A DNA stretch of 64,000 nucleotides from an uncultured virus (IMG/VR IMGVR_UViG_3300049581_000068) (lineage: Duplodnaviria > Heunggongvirae > Uroviricota > Caudoviricetes): IMG/VR virus record IMGVR_UViG_3300049581_000068; one strand, written 5' to 3'. Positions 52,481 to 63,078 of the stretch are shown in pieces; position 1 is the first letter of the stretch; each line of letters opens with the position of its first letter. The translations under genes and the position numbers were made by a program. The notes under the pieces are model-generated. The model saw nothing but the letters and a program-made list of their open reading frames with translations, was not told the origin of the DNA and ran no database searches.

Positions 52481-53122
52481 CTACTTGAGCCGCTTCCACG
52501 TCACGGTGCCATCGGTGACCGTGGCCCCCACCGCGGGCAGGCTCGGAACCGAACTGCCCGACGTGCCAGCGACGGTGGCCTCGTAAATCTGGCCGCCGGT
52601 GCTGCCCTGCGTGGTCGTACCGGCCACCACCGTGCCACCGGAGACGTCGGGACTGCCCGGCGCCACCGCGATCTGGCCCACGTTGCCCTGCTCGGACTGA
52701 ATGGTGATGTTGTACGGGCCGGAACCGGCCACCGTCACGTCACCGGGCTCGACGTTGTCGAGAGCCACGATGGCGCTCTGGATGGCGGCGGCGTTCAACC
52801 CGCTGATCGCGATGTTATCGGTGCGTCGCGTGACGCCCCGCAATGTCACGTCCAACTTCGTGTTGCCAGCGGTGGCCGTCACCGTGAGGGTCTGAACCTC
52901 GTTGATGCCAGCCACCTTCACGCGCTGACCCCTGGTGTAGGCCGTGCTGTTGGCGCGATCGGCCGGTGGGAAGATCGGCGCGTCGACCAGAGCCACACCG
53001 AGATAGTCCTTGTTGCCCGCGGTGACCGCGCGCCCAAGGTAGTCGGTGGCGTTGGATGCACCGGGGTTGTCGTTGACCAGGGCACGCCCCAAACGGTCAC
53101 CGAGCTTGGTTGTCGTCGTCAT
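52481..53122 (-). CDS. Probable capsid decoration/accessory protein
   Basis: DYLGR repeats; CBM-like motif with an NEVQ domain nested inside. Confidence 0.55.
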   Translation of the reverse strand: MTTTTKLGDRLGRALVNDNPGASNATDYLGRAVTAGNKDYLGVALVDAPIFPPADRANSTAYTRGQRVKVAGINEVQTLTVTATAGNTKLDVTLRGVTRRTDNIAISGLNAAAIQSAIVALDNVEPGDVTVAGSGPYNITIQSEQGNVGQIAVAPGSPDVSGGTVVAGTTTQGSTGGQIYEATVAGTSGSSVPSLPAVGATVTDGTVTWKRLK

Positions 53123-53125
53123 GCG

Positions 53126-53455
53126 TTACCCCTTCGGGGTGTCGAGAGCGGACTTGAAGCCCGTACGGCGAGACGACGACGTCTTGGTGATCTTCGTCGG
53201 CTTCTCGGCTTCGGGCTGAGACTCGGGCTCAGGTTCGACCTGTGCCTCGGGCTCGGGTGCGTCGCCAGACTCGGGCGCGGTGCCCTCGCTGACCGGGGGC
53301 GTCTGAACGGAATCGTCGCCGGCGGGCGGATTGTCGTCAGACGCGGGCGCGGACTTCGGCTCGGCAGACTTGCGTGCTGCCTTGCGCTTCTGAGGATCGG
53401 AGACGCTCGGGTCGACCTGAATCGACCCGAGCCTCTCGCCGTTACGAACGAACAT
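53126..53455 (-). CDS. Hypothetical protein
   Basis: ORF after the capsid gene. Confidence 0.6.
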   Translation of the reverse strand: MFVRNGERLGSIQVDPSVSDPQKRKAARKSAEPKSAPASDDNPPAGDDSVQTPPVSEGTAPESGDAPEPEAQVEPEPESQPEAEKPTKITKTSSSRRTGFKSALDTPKG

Positions 53456-53461
53456 CGCTGA

Positions 53462-54709
53462 TTACGTCACCGTCAGCGGAACGATCGCGTCCTCTTCGAT
53501 GGTCATGGTGGTGAAGTAGCCCGCGTAGGCCACCTGCACGCCCAGCACGGACGGCTCCACGACCTGCAGCGTGCCGATGCGCTGCTCGTAGACCTCGATG
53601 GCCGCGGTGGACACCACGGCCGCCTCGCCGGTGCCCAGGCCCGCCGACATGATGCCGGTGATGCCCGACGCCTGACCGACCACGCCCTGTGCGAAGTTGG
53701 CCGCCGAGAATCCGCTGCCGTAGGCGTTCTGCGGATTGATCGGAGCGAACAGCGGACCGAAGGTGCCGAGCAGATCGGGGCTCATCACCAGCAGCAGGCG
53801 ACCGCGGCCCTTGACCGCTGCGTACACCTGACCGGCCGCCGACCACAGGCCCTTGGCGATTGCCTCTTGGGCGGTGCCGGTGCTCGGGGTGGTGTCGATC
53901 GTTACCGCGGTGGTGCTGCTGGCCGCGATGGCATCGGCAGTGGCCGCCTCGGTTTCGATGGCGTACTGGTCGGCCAGATCGTTGACGATGATGTCGAACG
54001 CCTGCGGAGAACTGAAGTCGATGTTCTGCCGCGACACGTTGACATAGCCGCCGTAGGTCACGACCTCGGCGGTCAGCTTGCCGATCACCATCTTCTGGCT
54101 CACCAGTTCGGTCTTCTGGTCAGCAGCCAGGCCCGCGGCGCCCTGCTTGGCGACGCTGGTGTGCTGCGTGACCCGCGGACGCGACCACGTGGCACCGGGG
54201 ATCGGCCGGGGGCCGAACGCCTGCACCAGCGGACGCTGCGCGTCGACGTAGTTGATCAGATCGCCGACCACCGGATCCGGAACGATGCCGGGGTTGTCGG
54301 TGGTCTTCTGGTGTGCCGCAGCGCGCTCGAACAACTCGATGCGGCCAGCGGCCGGGCGGTCGCCCATGTGCGCCTTGTACGCGTCGACGATGTAGGCACC
54401 GGTGCTGCGGTACTCGACCTCGGTGTCGGGCGCGCGGCCCTTGAGCTTCTCGATCTCCGCGCCGACCTCGCGTGAGCGGTTGCGGGTTTCGTAGGCGACC
54501 TTGAACGTCTCGTTGACGTCGTTGATCTGACCCTGCAGTTCCTCCATGCGGCCGCGGGTTTCGACCAGCAGACCGCGCTCTTCGACGGTCAGGTCGCGGT
54601 TGGCCGCGTTCGCGCGCTCGATGATGCCCTGCGCGAAAGTGGACTTCTCTTCAAGTTCATGCTCGAGACGCCGGATGATGACGTCATTGGAGCCGGTGGC
54701 AACGCCCAT
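53462..54709 (-). CDS. Major capsid protein (HK97 fold, N-terminal delta domain)
   Basis: Coiled-coil N-terminus; YGGYVNVSRQNID; follows protease. Confidence 0.93.
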   Translation of the reverse strand: MGVATGSNDVIIRRLEHELEEKSTFAQGIIERANAANRDLTVEERGLLVETRGRMEELQGQINDVNETFKVAYETRNRSREVGAEIEKLKGRAPDTEVEYRSTGAYIVDAYKAHMGDRPAAGRIELFERAAAHQKTTDNPGIVPDPVVGDLINYVDAQRPLVQAFGPRPIPGATWSRPRVTQHTSVAKQGAAGLAADQKTELVSQKMVIGKLTAEVVTYGGYVNVSRQNIDFSSPQAFDIIVNDLADQYAIETEAATADAIAASSTTAVTIDTTPSTGTAQEAIAKGLWSAAGQVYAAVKGRGRLLLVMSPDLLGTFGPLFAPINPQNAYGSGFSAANFAQGVVGQASGITGIMSAGLGTGEAAVVSTAAIEVYEQRIGTLQVVEPSVLGVQVAYAGYFTTMTIEEDAIVPLTVT

Positions 54710-54821
54710 GGTGGATGCGCCCTTTCGGTGTGTAGTGGACTAAACGACACATCCGCTACGACCGACTCCGTTCTCCGGAGCGACCCGCATCTAAGGGCAG
54801 CCGGTAATGCTGGCAGGTAGT

Positions 54822-55466
54822 TTACAGCCTCTTCGCGCGATCCAGCATGGACGAAAAGAACGGGTCGTTGAGAAACTCGTCCATCAACGGGGTGATCGTC
54901 GCCATCACTGTCTCTTCGTCGTCGGCCACGACGATCTCGTTCTCGCGGACTTCGAGAACCTCCGCGCCGGGGTAGGCCGGATCCTCAACCACGCTGATGT
55001 GATCCAGATAGGCCGTCTTGATGCGGCGCGACTTGGACCGACGATCGATGATCTGATCGTTGGGCAGCGCAGCGAAACCCGCCGACAGGCCCACGCAACG
55101 CTCATCGGCCAGCGCCAGCGTTTCGTCGCCGAGCGGGGTCTGCGCGATGCGCAGTTCGGCCACCAGGCCTTCGGCGCGCGAGGGGAAGAACTTCAACGCC
55201 TTGCCCACGGTGCGCGACTTGTTGTGGTCGCGGTTGACCTTGATGCGGTTGGGGCGCCGCTCGATACCGTCCCACGCGGAACGCTCGAATGATTCCTTCC
55301 ACACCTCGCCGCGCCACATCACCGGCGTCTCGACCTCGTAAGGCGCCACGATGGCGGTGATGACGCGCTGGGCAAAGTTCACATCGGCCACTGCAGCCGT
55401 TCGGAGCTCGACCGGCGCGCGCGGCCGCTCGTCGGCCGCGTTGTCGATCACGTCGCTTTCGGTCAT
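54822..55466 (-). CDS. HK97-family prohead protease
   Basis: NRDH...VG, GLSAGF, LDHISVVEDPAY. Confidence 0.93.
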   Translation of the reverse strand: MTESDVIDNAADERPRAPVELRTAAVADVNFAQRVITAIVAPYEVETPVMWRGEVWKESFERSAWDGIERRPNRIKVNRDHNKSRTVGKALKFFPSRAEGLVAELRIAQTPLGDETLALADERCVGLSAGFAALPNDQIIDRRSKSRRIKTAYLDHISVVEDPAYPGAEVLEVRENEIVVADDEETVMATITPLMDEFLNDPFFSSMLDRAKRL

Positions 55467-56680
55467 TAGTCCGATCCTCCGGTTAGGGCCTGTGCAGCCG
55501 GTTCTCCGTAGTAGCGTTCCATGATTCTGACCTCATCCGGTGTCAGAATCTCCATCTCGATCGCCGTCTTGTATGCCTGCATGCGCTTGTCCAACGGTAG
55601 CCGCGTGTAGTCGTCTCGGTTCAACTCCGCGGATTGCCCGCGCACCAAAGCCCAATCCGACAGTGCTTCCATCACCATCTTCGACTTCGGCCGCAGGCTC
55701 GAGCGATCGTGAAAGTCGAAAAGATCGGAGATGTTCGAATAGGTCAGCGAGCCGCTGGCGCCGGCCAGGCCCATGAGGAACGGCGGCACACCCAACAGGA
55801 TGGCGATGCGAGATTCACTGAACTGCGAAACCTCAAGTAGCGCCATCTCTTTGGCGCTCATCGTCTTGGCCTGGTTCAAGGTAGCGCCGCTGCCGAGCAC
55901 GCCGGGTGCTGCCGGATTGGCCGAGCGCGAGTCGACCCACTGCTGGATCAGATCGGAGCCCTCGGTGCCCGACAAGCGCCGGTTCACGCCGATCCAGTAC
56001 AGCGGCACGCCGCCGGTTTCGGCCAGCGTGTTGGCGTAGCGCTGCAACAGCTTGATCTGTGTCTGTCGCGCGCCGGCGACTTCCAGCGGGCCGTGTCCGC
56101 GGGCGTCGGCCACCGTCGACTGGTAGCGCAAGTGAAGAACGTCGTCGGTGACGTCGAGAGAGCCGAGCTTGTATTCGCGCACGCCGTCGCGCATGTCGAC
56201 CTTCATCATGTACGGCGGGATCACGCGGAACCGGGTCGGCTTGCCGTAGCTCGTCGCCATCGGCAGGACGAAAGCCTCGCCCATCTGAAAGTCCCAGAAA
56301 AGCTGTTTCGCGAATTCCTGCCACGATGAGTAGATCGTCGGATCGGGGTTCATCATCCACTGCGCCGGATCCATGATCTGGCGCGGGCTGGTCCGCATCC
56401 GGTACACCGGCATCGCCGAGATGATGTTGCTGTTCATGTCCAGACAGGCCCATGCGATGTCGACGAGCTTGTCCAACGCGGCGTTGATCTGCCACGGCGG
56501 CATGTCCCAGTCAGCCGGATAGCCATCCCACGGGGATGGCACGATCGTCGGCAGTGACCGGCGCTCGATAGGGTTGCCGACGATCTCGAAACCGTCAGGG
56601 TCGCCCGGCTGGTAATTCGAGGGGCCGTTGTCATTCGGGGTTACAGCGCCCCGGCTGAACATCTTCGACCAGTACGACAT
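55466..56680 (-). CDS. Portal protein (HK97 type)
   Basis: GEAF, GHGPL, RIAILLGVPPFLMG...TYSN. Confidence 0.95.
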   Translation of the reverse strand: MSYWSKMFSRGAVTPNDNGPSNYQPGDPDGFEIVGNPIERRSLPTIVPSPWDGYPADWDMPPWQINAALDKLVDIAWACLDMNSNIISAMPVYRMRTSPRQIMDPAQWMMNPDPTIYSSWQEFAKQLFWDFQMGEAFVLPMATSYGKPTRFRVIPPYMMKVDMRDGVREYKLGSLDVTDDVLHLRYQSTVADARGHGPLEVAGARQTQIKLLQRYANTLAETGGVPLYWIGVNRRLSGTEGSDLIQQWVDSRSANPAAPGVLGSGATLNQAKTMSAKEMALLEVSQFSESRIAILLGVPPFLMGLAGASGSLTYSNISDLFDFHDRSSLRPKSKMVMEALSDWALVRGQSAELNRDDYTRLPLDKRMQAYKTAIEMEILTPDEVRIMERYYGEPAAQALTGGSD

Positions 56681-56738
56681 CAGACCGCCCTATGCATATA
56701 GCGCCTGGTCATCATCCGGCCATTATCACACAAAACGA

Positions 56739-58277
56739 TCACCCGATGAACGGCATGGGTTCATCGCACAGACCCCAACGGTACATTGCCGCTGCGGTCG
56801 CCACTGCTGGTGAAACATCAGGCGCCGGTTCGCCATCGACCTCACGACGGTCGAACGCCTCGGCCTCGCCGGTCTGCAAGAACCGTTTCTTCACGTTGAT
56901 CAGTGCGAAATTCAATTCCGGCTGGTCAAGGTGGGCGACCATGGAGTCGCGAATCGCTTTCTTGAGCGTGCCGTAAGCCGCGGCCATCTCACCGGCGGTC
57001 ATCTGATGCCACTCGAAGTTCGCCCGAGTCAGCTCGTCCTCGAGCGCGCGGGCCGCGCCCGGTGTGATCGCGATGTCCACCAAGTCCTTCTCGGCGTCCA
57101 TCTCGCGAATCGCCTTGACCACCCCGCGGGTACCGCGGAATTCCTTGACCATCACCAGCGTCCGCTCGTCCTCGTTGAGCGAGTCGGCCGGAAGCGTGCT
57201 CGCGATGCCCAGCGACGCCCAACGCTGGTCGGGACTGACGTCGAGCACCAGGGCCGCGCGGTCGGGCTCATCGGCGTCTTCGACCGCCAGCGTGTTCCAC
57301 TTCGCGATGTCGAACGCCGAGCCCTCATCCTTGTCATAGATGCCCAGGCCCTCCCGCAACCAACCCTCGGCATTGAGCTTGCGGCGCAGGCGCAGAAACG
57401 CCTCAACAGGTGTGCGGTGCGGAAATGATGGGTTCTTCGCCCACTGGTAGGGGTCGCTCGGGTCGGCATTGTCGTCGGCCCCGATCTCGATCCACACCAT
57501 GTCTTCGGTTTCCACGGTGACGATCTCGGGATCTTCGATCACCCACGCCTCGCCGCGCATACGCATCCATGCCTCGGCGTTGTCTTCGGGTTTCGGTGGC
57601 GTGCCGGCGTAAATGTGCAAGCCGATATCGGAGGTATTCAACGTGGCGAGCATGTTCTGCATCGCCCGCTCGGACATGATCTGCCCCTCGTCGGACATGA
57701 GCACGTCGACGCCGGGAATGCCTCGGCCGAAACCCCGCTCGCGGGCACCGAACAGGATTCGGCTGCCGTTGTGGAAGACGATGGCCTCATCACCGGAGCC
57801 GGTGTAGACCTTCTTGATGAACGGCTTGACGCTGGTGCGCGCCGCGAAACCCTGCATGGCTTCGAAGGTTTCGTTGTGCGTCTTGGAGTGGTGCGCCGAC
57901 CAGATCACCAGCAGGCCGGGATACTTCTGGCACATGCCGAAGAACGCGCCGGCGAAAAAATAGGTCTTCCCGATCTGGCGCATGGCCGACAGTCCGAAAC
58001 CACCGACCGTGTGGACGAGCTTGTTGCGATCGTTGCGCGCCAGCAGCAGCGTGCCCATGCCGTCCTGCCAGCCATCGAACGTGATGCCCATGTCGTCGCG
58101 GCAGGTGTCGCGGATCTCGGCCCAGTCGGACCGGACGATCTGCGCGCTCGGATACGCCAGGCGCTTGGCGACTTGAGAGAGCTTGCGTTCAGATCGTGGA
58201 GGGGTCGAACTCCCGATGCGATCCGCGATCCGGATCAATTCGCGCTGGCTTAGCGGCCTTTCCAGCGTTGCGGTCAT
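56739..58277 (-). CDS. Terminase large subunit
   Basis: MRQIGKT Walker A, LMSDEGQ Walker B, GTPP, LDVSPD nuclease motif. Confidence 0.95.
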   Translation of the reverse strand: MTATLERPLSQRELIRIADRIGSSTPPRSERKLSQVAKRLAYPSAQIVRSDWAEIRDTCRDDMGITFDGWQDGMGTLLLARNDRNKLVHTVGGFGLSAMRQIGKTYFFAGAFFGMCQKYPGLLVIWSAHHSKTHNETFEAMQGFAARTSVKPFIKKVYTGSGDEAIVFHNGSRILFGARERGFGRGIPGVDVLMSDEGQIMSERAMQNMLATLNTSDIGLHIYAGTPPKPEDNAEAWMRMRGEAWVIEDPEIVTVETEDMVWIEIGADDNADPSDPYQWAKNPSFPHRTPVEAFLRLRRKLNAEGWLREGLGIYDKDEGSAFDIAKWNTLAVEDADEPDRAALVLDVSPDQRWASLGIASTLPADSLNEDERTLVMVKEFRGTRGVVKAIREMDAEKDLVDIAITPGAARALEDELTRANFEWHQMTAGEMAAAYGTLKKAIRDSMVAHLDQPELNFALINVKKRFLQTGEAEAFDRREVDGEPAPDVSPAVATAAAMYRWGLCDEPMPFIG

Positions 58278-58578
58278 CAGGTTCGTCCTTCAGCTTGCCC
58301 TCGTCGCGTAGGCGATCTTCCAACTCGAGAATATCGCTGTTGAGATCCTGCAATCGCCGCGATAGGGATGCCAGGTCGCGCGGTGGGCACTCGGGGTCCA
58401 TCACCGCCGTCTTGACACGCTGCCGCAGCGCTTTCATCATCGCCAGTCCGTCGTCGCGGTGCCCGATCCAGCCCTCGCGCTCGAGTGCTTCGATGACCGC
58501 GGCTGCCAACTGCTTGGCGAGCTTGGTGTTCTCTTCGTTGGCGCTGACAACCTTGAGTGCCACATCGTATGCCGTCAC
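58189..58578 (-). CDS. Terminase small subunit
   Basis: PPRDLASLSRRL motif; directly upstream of the large subunit. Confidence 0.75.
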   Translation of the reverse strand: MTAYDVALKVVSANEENTKLAKQLAAAVIEALEREGWIGHRDDGLAMMKALRQRVKTAVMDPECPPRDLASLSRRLQDLNSDILELEDRLRDEGKLKDEPDDRNAGKAAKPARIDPDRGSHREFDPSTI

Positions 58579-58940
58579 TTGTCGTCCTTTCGTGGATGAA
58601 AAAAGTCGCGCAACAGTGCAGTGCAGTTACCGCAAAGCCACTGTGGCGGCAGGTTGGCGCCGCCGGGCGTGTCGTCATAGGCGCGGGAAGTGAAAGAAAT
58701 CTTGACGATCGAGCAACCCCCGCGGGCCGTCTCGTCCATGCTGGTGAACCCGCAACGGTCACACTTGAATGTCGTTATGGTCTTCGTTTCAATCGGCATG
58801 CGGCCACCTTCGGTACATAATCGTCAGAGGTTCGGCGAATTCGGCGGCGGATTCGATGATCGCCTGTTGCAGCGTGTCCATATGGTGCATCATCCGTTCG
58901 CAAAGCCACTGGCAGATAAGGCAATGCGGTACGTTGCAGT

Positions 58941-59744
58941 TCATTGTATTGTCGACCGCCTGACGCGAACGGCGTTGTGTTCCAAAAACTCAACAGCGAT
59001 CCTCTCTGCGCCGACAGAGAATAAACAAATAGTCCCCGCTCTTTGCATGGGGATGGATACCGAACCATATCTGGTTATCGGAACTTGGAAATATGTTGCC
59101 GTCAAAGGCAATTGAACTATCGCATCGCTGTAGGTCCCAGACCACACCCCATCGAAGGTCGTGATCTCGGGATGCTCGGTGGGCATTGGGCCGATGAAAT
59201 CCGAGCCTTGGCACAGCACCCGAGTGTCGTCCTCGGCAGCGACGTATTCCTCGTCGTATCGGCCGTTGGAGTACATTTGGGCAATCTTCTCGGTGATCGG
59301 CAGGCCGTGCCAATGTCGTCCGCAGTGCCAGCACCGTGGATACTGCGGATCGTCGTAGGTGTAGCCGACTTCCGGCTCGCCACCGGCCATCGATTCCTCG
59401 ACCAGCGCGTCGATCTCGTCGACGATGTCGCGGGGGATATTCGGAATGTCGCGGGGGATATTCGGGGTGAACGTGACGTTCCAATACTCTCGAGTCTCCC
59501 AGTTCCCGCCGAGCGTTCCCTGCCCAGCGGTATCGAAATCCTCGGACATCACACCCAATGGCTGAAAACCATCCAGCGGTGGTGCCCATGTCGATGCCGG
59601 GTTACCCGCATCGATGTGCCGCTGGCGATCCGCGAGTAACTCAGGACTGAACCACTCTTCAAGTTGCGGTGCGCAATCAGGCGGCGCCGGCTGTACGCCG
59701 AATCTTCGAAACTGTGCAAGCGCCTCGTTGAAGGTGTAGCTCAT
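58941..59744 (-). CDS. Hypothetical protein with a 21-bp internal tandem duplication (PNIPRDI x2)
   Basis: Start MSYTFNE, ATGA-coupled to HNH. Confidence 0.6.
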   Translation of the reverse strand: MSYTFNEALAQFRRFGVQPAPPDCAPQLEEWFSPELLADRQRHIDAGNPASTWAPPLDGFQPLGVMSEDFDTAGQGTLGGNWETREYWNVTFTPNIPRDIPNIPRDIVDEIDALVEESMAGGEPEVGYTYDDPQYPRCWHCGRHWHGLPITEKIAQMYSNGRYDEEYVAAEDDTRVLCQGSDFIGPMPTEHPEITTFDGVWSGTYSDAIVQLPLTATYFQVPITRYGSVSIPMQRAGTICLFSVGAERIAVEFLEHNAVRVRRSTIQ

Positions 59745-60070
59745 CGGAAGAATCCCAACGCTTTCGACGGACGCGCGCGACCCATCTGGGCTTCCAGTTT
59801 CGCCCGCAACTGCGGGATCAGGTGCGGCGGTGTATGTCGGCGCGTGCGGTTGCACGACAGGCAAGCCGGACGCCAATTGCCGGGTACGTCGGCCAGATCG
59901 GGCCGGAACTTGCGCGGCCAGTAGTGATCGATTGTCGTGGCACGCAGCGTGCATTTCGGGAACCGTAGCCAGCAGAGCTGGTTGCCAGGTTGGCTGACGA
60001 ACGTCGCCGTGGTGACTCGCCACTCGCGGGTGCCGCCGGCCGAAGTCAGCATGGGACGTTTGCGCTTCAT
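59741..60070 (-). CDS. HNH endonuclease (terminase-associated)
   Basis: CWL...C...ATTIDH...NWRPACLSCN. Confidence 0.88.
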   Translation of the reverse strand: MKRKRPMLTSAGGTREWRVTTATFVSQPGNQLCWLRFPKCTLRATTIDHYWPRKFRPDLADVPGNWRPACLSCNRTRRHTPPHLIPQLRAKLEAQMGRARPSKALGFFR

Positions 60071-60218
60071 AAGGCCGCCCACACCGCGCCACAATCGCAA
60101 GCGATATAGCGTTCAGTCCGTCCAGCCTCGATGATCTTTGCCGGGCCTACGGAGCCCATATCAATCGTGCGCCAGCCCCGGTGTAATTGATGGCCACGGA
60201 GGCGATGCCACCACCATC

Positions 60219-62204
60219 TCACTTCGTCGTTACCTTCATCTGCCAGAAACCGTCGCCGGTTTGCACCGTGATCGTCGTGTCCATGTGCGGGGCTTGAATG
60301 GCATCACCCATCGCGATCAGGATGCCCTTCATCCACGTCTTGGGAGCGTTGCCCGGTTTGATCATCTGGCGAAACTCATCGGGTGGGCGGTTCACCCAAT
60401 CACCGAGCTCGCCGTCGAATAAGACGCGATCGTCAACGAGGATGCGGATCATTTCGCGAACACCGTCACGGTCGGCGGGGCGTAGACATCGTCGTTGGTC
60501 GCCTGGCGGTATTCCAGCTTGATCTCGTTGGTGTCGGGATCGATCCAGCGTTTCGTCACGATCACCACCCTGACAACACGCATGCCGGGGAACTCTTGCT
60601 CGATGTTGATGGCGTCACCGACCTTGATGTCTTCGAACGACACCGGTTCGGCAACGATCTTGTAGAACTCTTCAGCCAGCCCCACGAGTATCCCCTTCCA
60701 TAAGAGCGAAAAGTGCGTCGGTCTGGTGGCGTGTGTGGTCGAGAACATTTGCGCCGCAAGCGCACCGCTGCGTAATCGGTTCGGCCAACGCGGGAATGTT
60801 GCGATCCAACACCGGGCGGTGCGACACCAGTAGGTCGTAAATCTGCTTGCGCTTAAGGCCCACAACGGCCTTGTCGAGTAAGTCAATCCAGCGATGTAGG
60901 GCAGCGTCGTACAACTGATGGTTCTCCACGTCGCGAAACGATTTGACAGTACCGCGTACAACACTTGCGGGCACTATTGCGGCGATCTCTTCAGTCACGA
61001 CGACTTCCCGTGCGGGCAAGCATTACCCAACTGCTCGAACGATCGCAGCAGCGACGGACCGTCGACGCGGACGTTGCCGGGATCGATCACCGACAGCACC
61101 ATGAGTAGCGTGCCGCAGCGGCAGTACACCGGCATCGACGTGTTCGCCAGATCGGTGTCGCCGGCGGCGTGACGCAGCGCCGCAAGCTCGCCGCGGTCGA
61201 CGAACTCGACATTGCCATCGGTTTCGATGGTGTGCACGATCGCCTCGGCCATCATCTGCACGCTGCCGTTGATCAAGTCCTGGTGCTCTTTCGGGCGCCC
61301 GGCAACCTGGCCGAACGGCAGCGCCAGCGGGGTCGCCGGCTTACCTTCATCACGATTGCCGGGATGCACCAGCCCGTTGCGCATCTTCTCAGCCACTAGA
61401 TTGGCAATAGCGGTGTTCATCTCTGCTCCCCGCGTTTTCTTTGAATCGTCACGGTGAACCTGTCGTCACCTTCTGCCATCGCTGCCGACATCTCCCGCGC
61501 CACCAGCGTCTCGACCGGCACGTCGGGAACTGGGCGGTGCTGTGAAAATCCCCATCCGCGTTCGACCAGGCCGCGCACAACGCTGTCGGAAACGCTGGCG
61601 CCGGCCTCGGCGTGAGTGATGATCTCGGCAATGTCGCGGCTCAGAACAGCGTGAAAGTCGTCGAGCATGCTAGCCACCGAACAGCGCCTTGATCCGCGAG
61701 CGCTTGCGCATGTTCTCGATCTCCGGAGCGATGCGAACGCGAAACTCCTCGGGCATGATCGCGCGCAACGTCACCGTCGTGATGTCGGTGCCGGCGTCGT
61801 AGTGGGCCGACTTGATGCTCATCCACCGCTTGCCGAAATCCGGCCCGATCATGTGGTCGTAATCGAGCCCCTCGGTGATGTCACCGCGGTAGTGCAGGAC
61901 TTCAGGCATTGGCGGCCTCATCCTTGGGGCGCCACGGCTTGTCGGCCTCGTACAGCGCGACACCGCGCATGCGGTTACGCGGCCTGGTCTGGCCATTGGC
62001 GCGGCGCGATCGCCGGTTGTAGGCCGGTCGCAGGACGTCGGCGGATTCGACGCCGTGACGCAGTGTGCGGCCGTCCGGATTGAACGGGCTCTGCCAGTTC
62101 GGCGTGGCCGCGTGGAACGGCGTGAGAATCAGCCCGTTCTTGTCGGGTATCGGGTCGTCGACGAGTTTGGTCAGTGTCTTGCGCTCGTCGTGGAATTTGG
62201 TCAT
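60219..62204 (-). CDS. Seven small hypothetical genes upstream of the packaging module
   Basis: Coupled ORFs 60219-60452, ~60449-60684, ~60672-60998, 60995-61420, 61417-61677, 61670-61921, 61902-62204. Confidence 0.6.
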
Positions 62205-62249
62205 GGGATCCCTTCACTTTCGGTCGGCTGTCGAAAACACGATCCGTTT

Positions 62250-62328
62250 ACCCTAGCCTGATGAAATTCCAATGTCAAGCATTATGACATCTGATTCATT
62301 GACAATGCAAATGACATTGTGTCATCCT
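62250..62328. promoter_or_regulatory. Divergent promoter pair with operator-like site
   Basis: Minus: TTGACA(62273-62278)-17-TAGGGT(62250-62255); plus: TTGACA(62299-62304)-18-CATCCT; site TGTCAAGCATTATGACA 62273-62289. Confidence 0.7.
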
Positions 62329-62337
62329 TGGGACACT

Positions 62338-62712
62338 ATGCCCAGGCCGCCGAACCTCAGCATCTCAGCATGGTTTTCCCAGAGCGGCTTGCGTAGTCAT
62401 CCGTGGATGCAGAAAGGGTTGTGCCGCAACCACCCCGAGCTCCCATGGACAGCCGACAGCATGCCTGCGGGGCACGATCTCGACGCCATGAGCGACATCT
62501 GCCGCGGTTGCCCGGTACGCGCGAGCTGCGCTGCCTACGCCGTACACAGCAACAACGATCGCGGCATCGACGGCGGCTTCTACGCCGGCTACTGGCTGCC
62601 GTGGCTCACCTACCAAGACTCGGCCGAGAACAAGCGCATTCGACAACGCTCGAAGATGTGGTTGCGCGTGTTCCTCGGAGAACGAAAACCGCCACTCCTG
62701 CGCTACAACTGA
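62338..62712 (+). CDS. whiB: WhiB-family transcription factor
   Basis: WMQKGLC...ICRGCPVRASC...GGFYAG. Confidence 0.9.
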   Translation: MPRPPNLSISAWFSQSGLRSHPWMQKGLCRNHPELPWTADSMPAGHDLDAMSDICRGCPVRASCAAYAVHSNNDRGIDGGFYAGYWLPWLTYQDSAENKRIRQRSKMWLRVFLGERKPPLLRYN

Positions 62713-62723
62713 GGGCCGTCACC

Positions 62724-62936
62724 ATGCACCTGCCGCATCGACACAGAGTCGAGCCGCAGCCTGCACCAGAGGTCATCGTCGAATACACCGTCCGCAACAG
62801 CGCCGGGGAATTGCTGGAATGGCCGTGCGGCTGCCCACGCAGGTTCTATGCCTACGAGAGCGCCCTGCAGACCTGCCGAAGCGGTGATGTGGTGCTACGC
62901 CGCGTAGTACAGGCGACTCCCTGGTCACTGGCGTGA
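62724..62936 (+). CDS. Hypothetical protein
   Basis: ORF after whiB with GAGG RBS. Confidence 0.5.
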   Translation: MHLPHRHRVEPQPAPEVIVEYTVRNSAGELLEWPCGCPRRFYAYESALQTCRSGDVVLRRVVQATPWSLA

Positions 62937-63078
62937 AAACGCGCCGATTCGCGCAGCAGCGGCACTCCCCGAGCGAAAGTAAGGGGTAACCCTCGGTTCG
63001 CCGCGCTTCGACCCAAAGAAACAGCCAAGGAAAACGGTCGTTTGACGCGAATCAGCGCGTATGACAAAGATACATGGC

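Noticed and set aside
59425..59465. 21-bp tandem duplication
   Set aside because: Simple in-frame slippage duplication; no evidence of function
5834..59639. Many long plus-strand ORFs (e.g. 5834-6805, 28755-29849, 33939-35030, 52106-53461)
   Set aside because: Antisense shadows of well-supported minus-strand genes in high-GC DNA
62940..63010. Hairpin region as genome end or ncRNA
   Set aside because: Short imperfect GC stems expected by chance; no independent support
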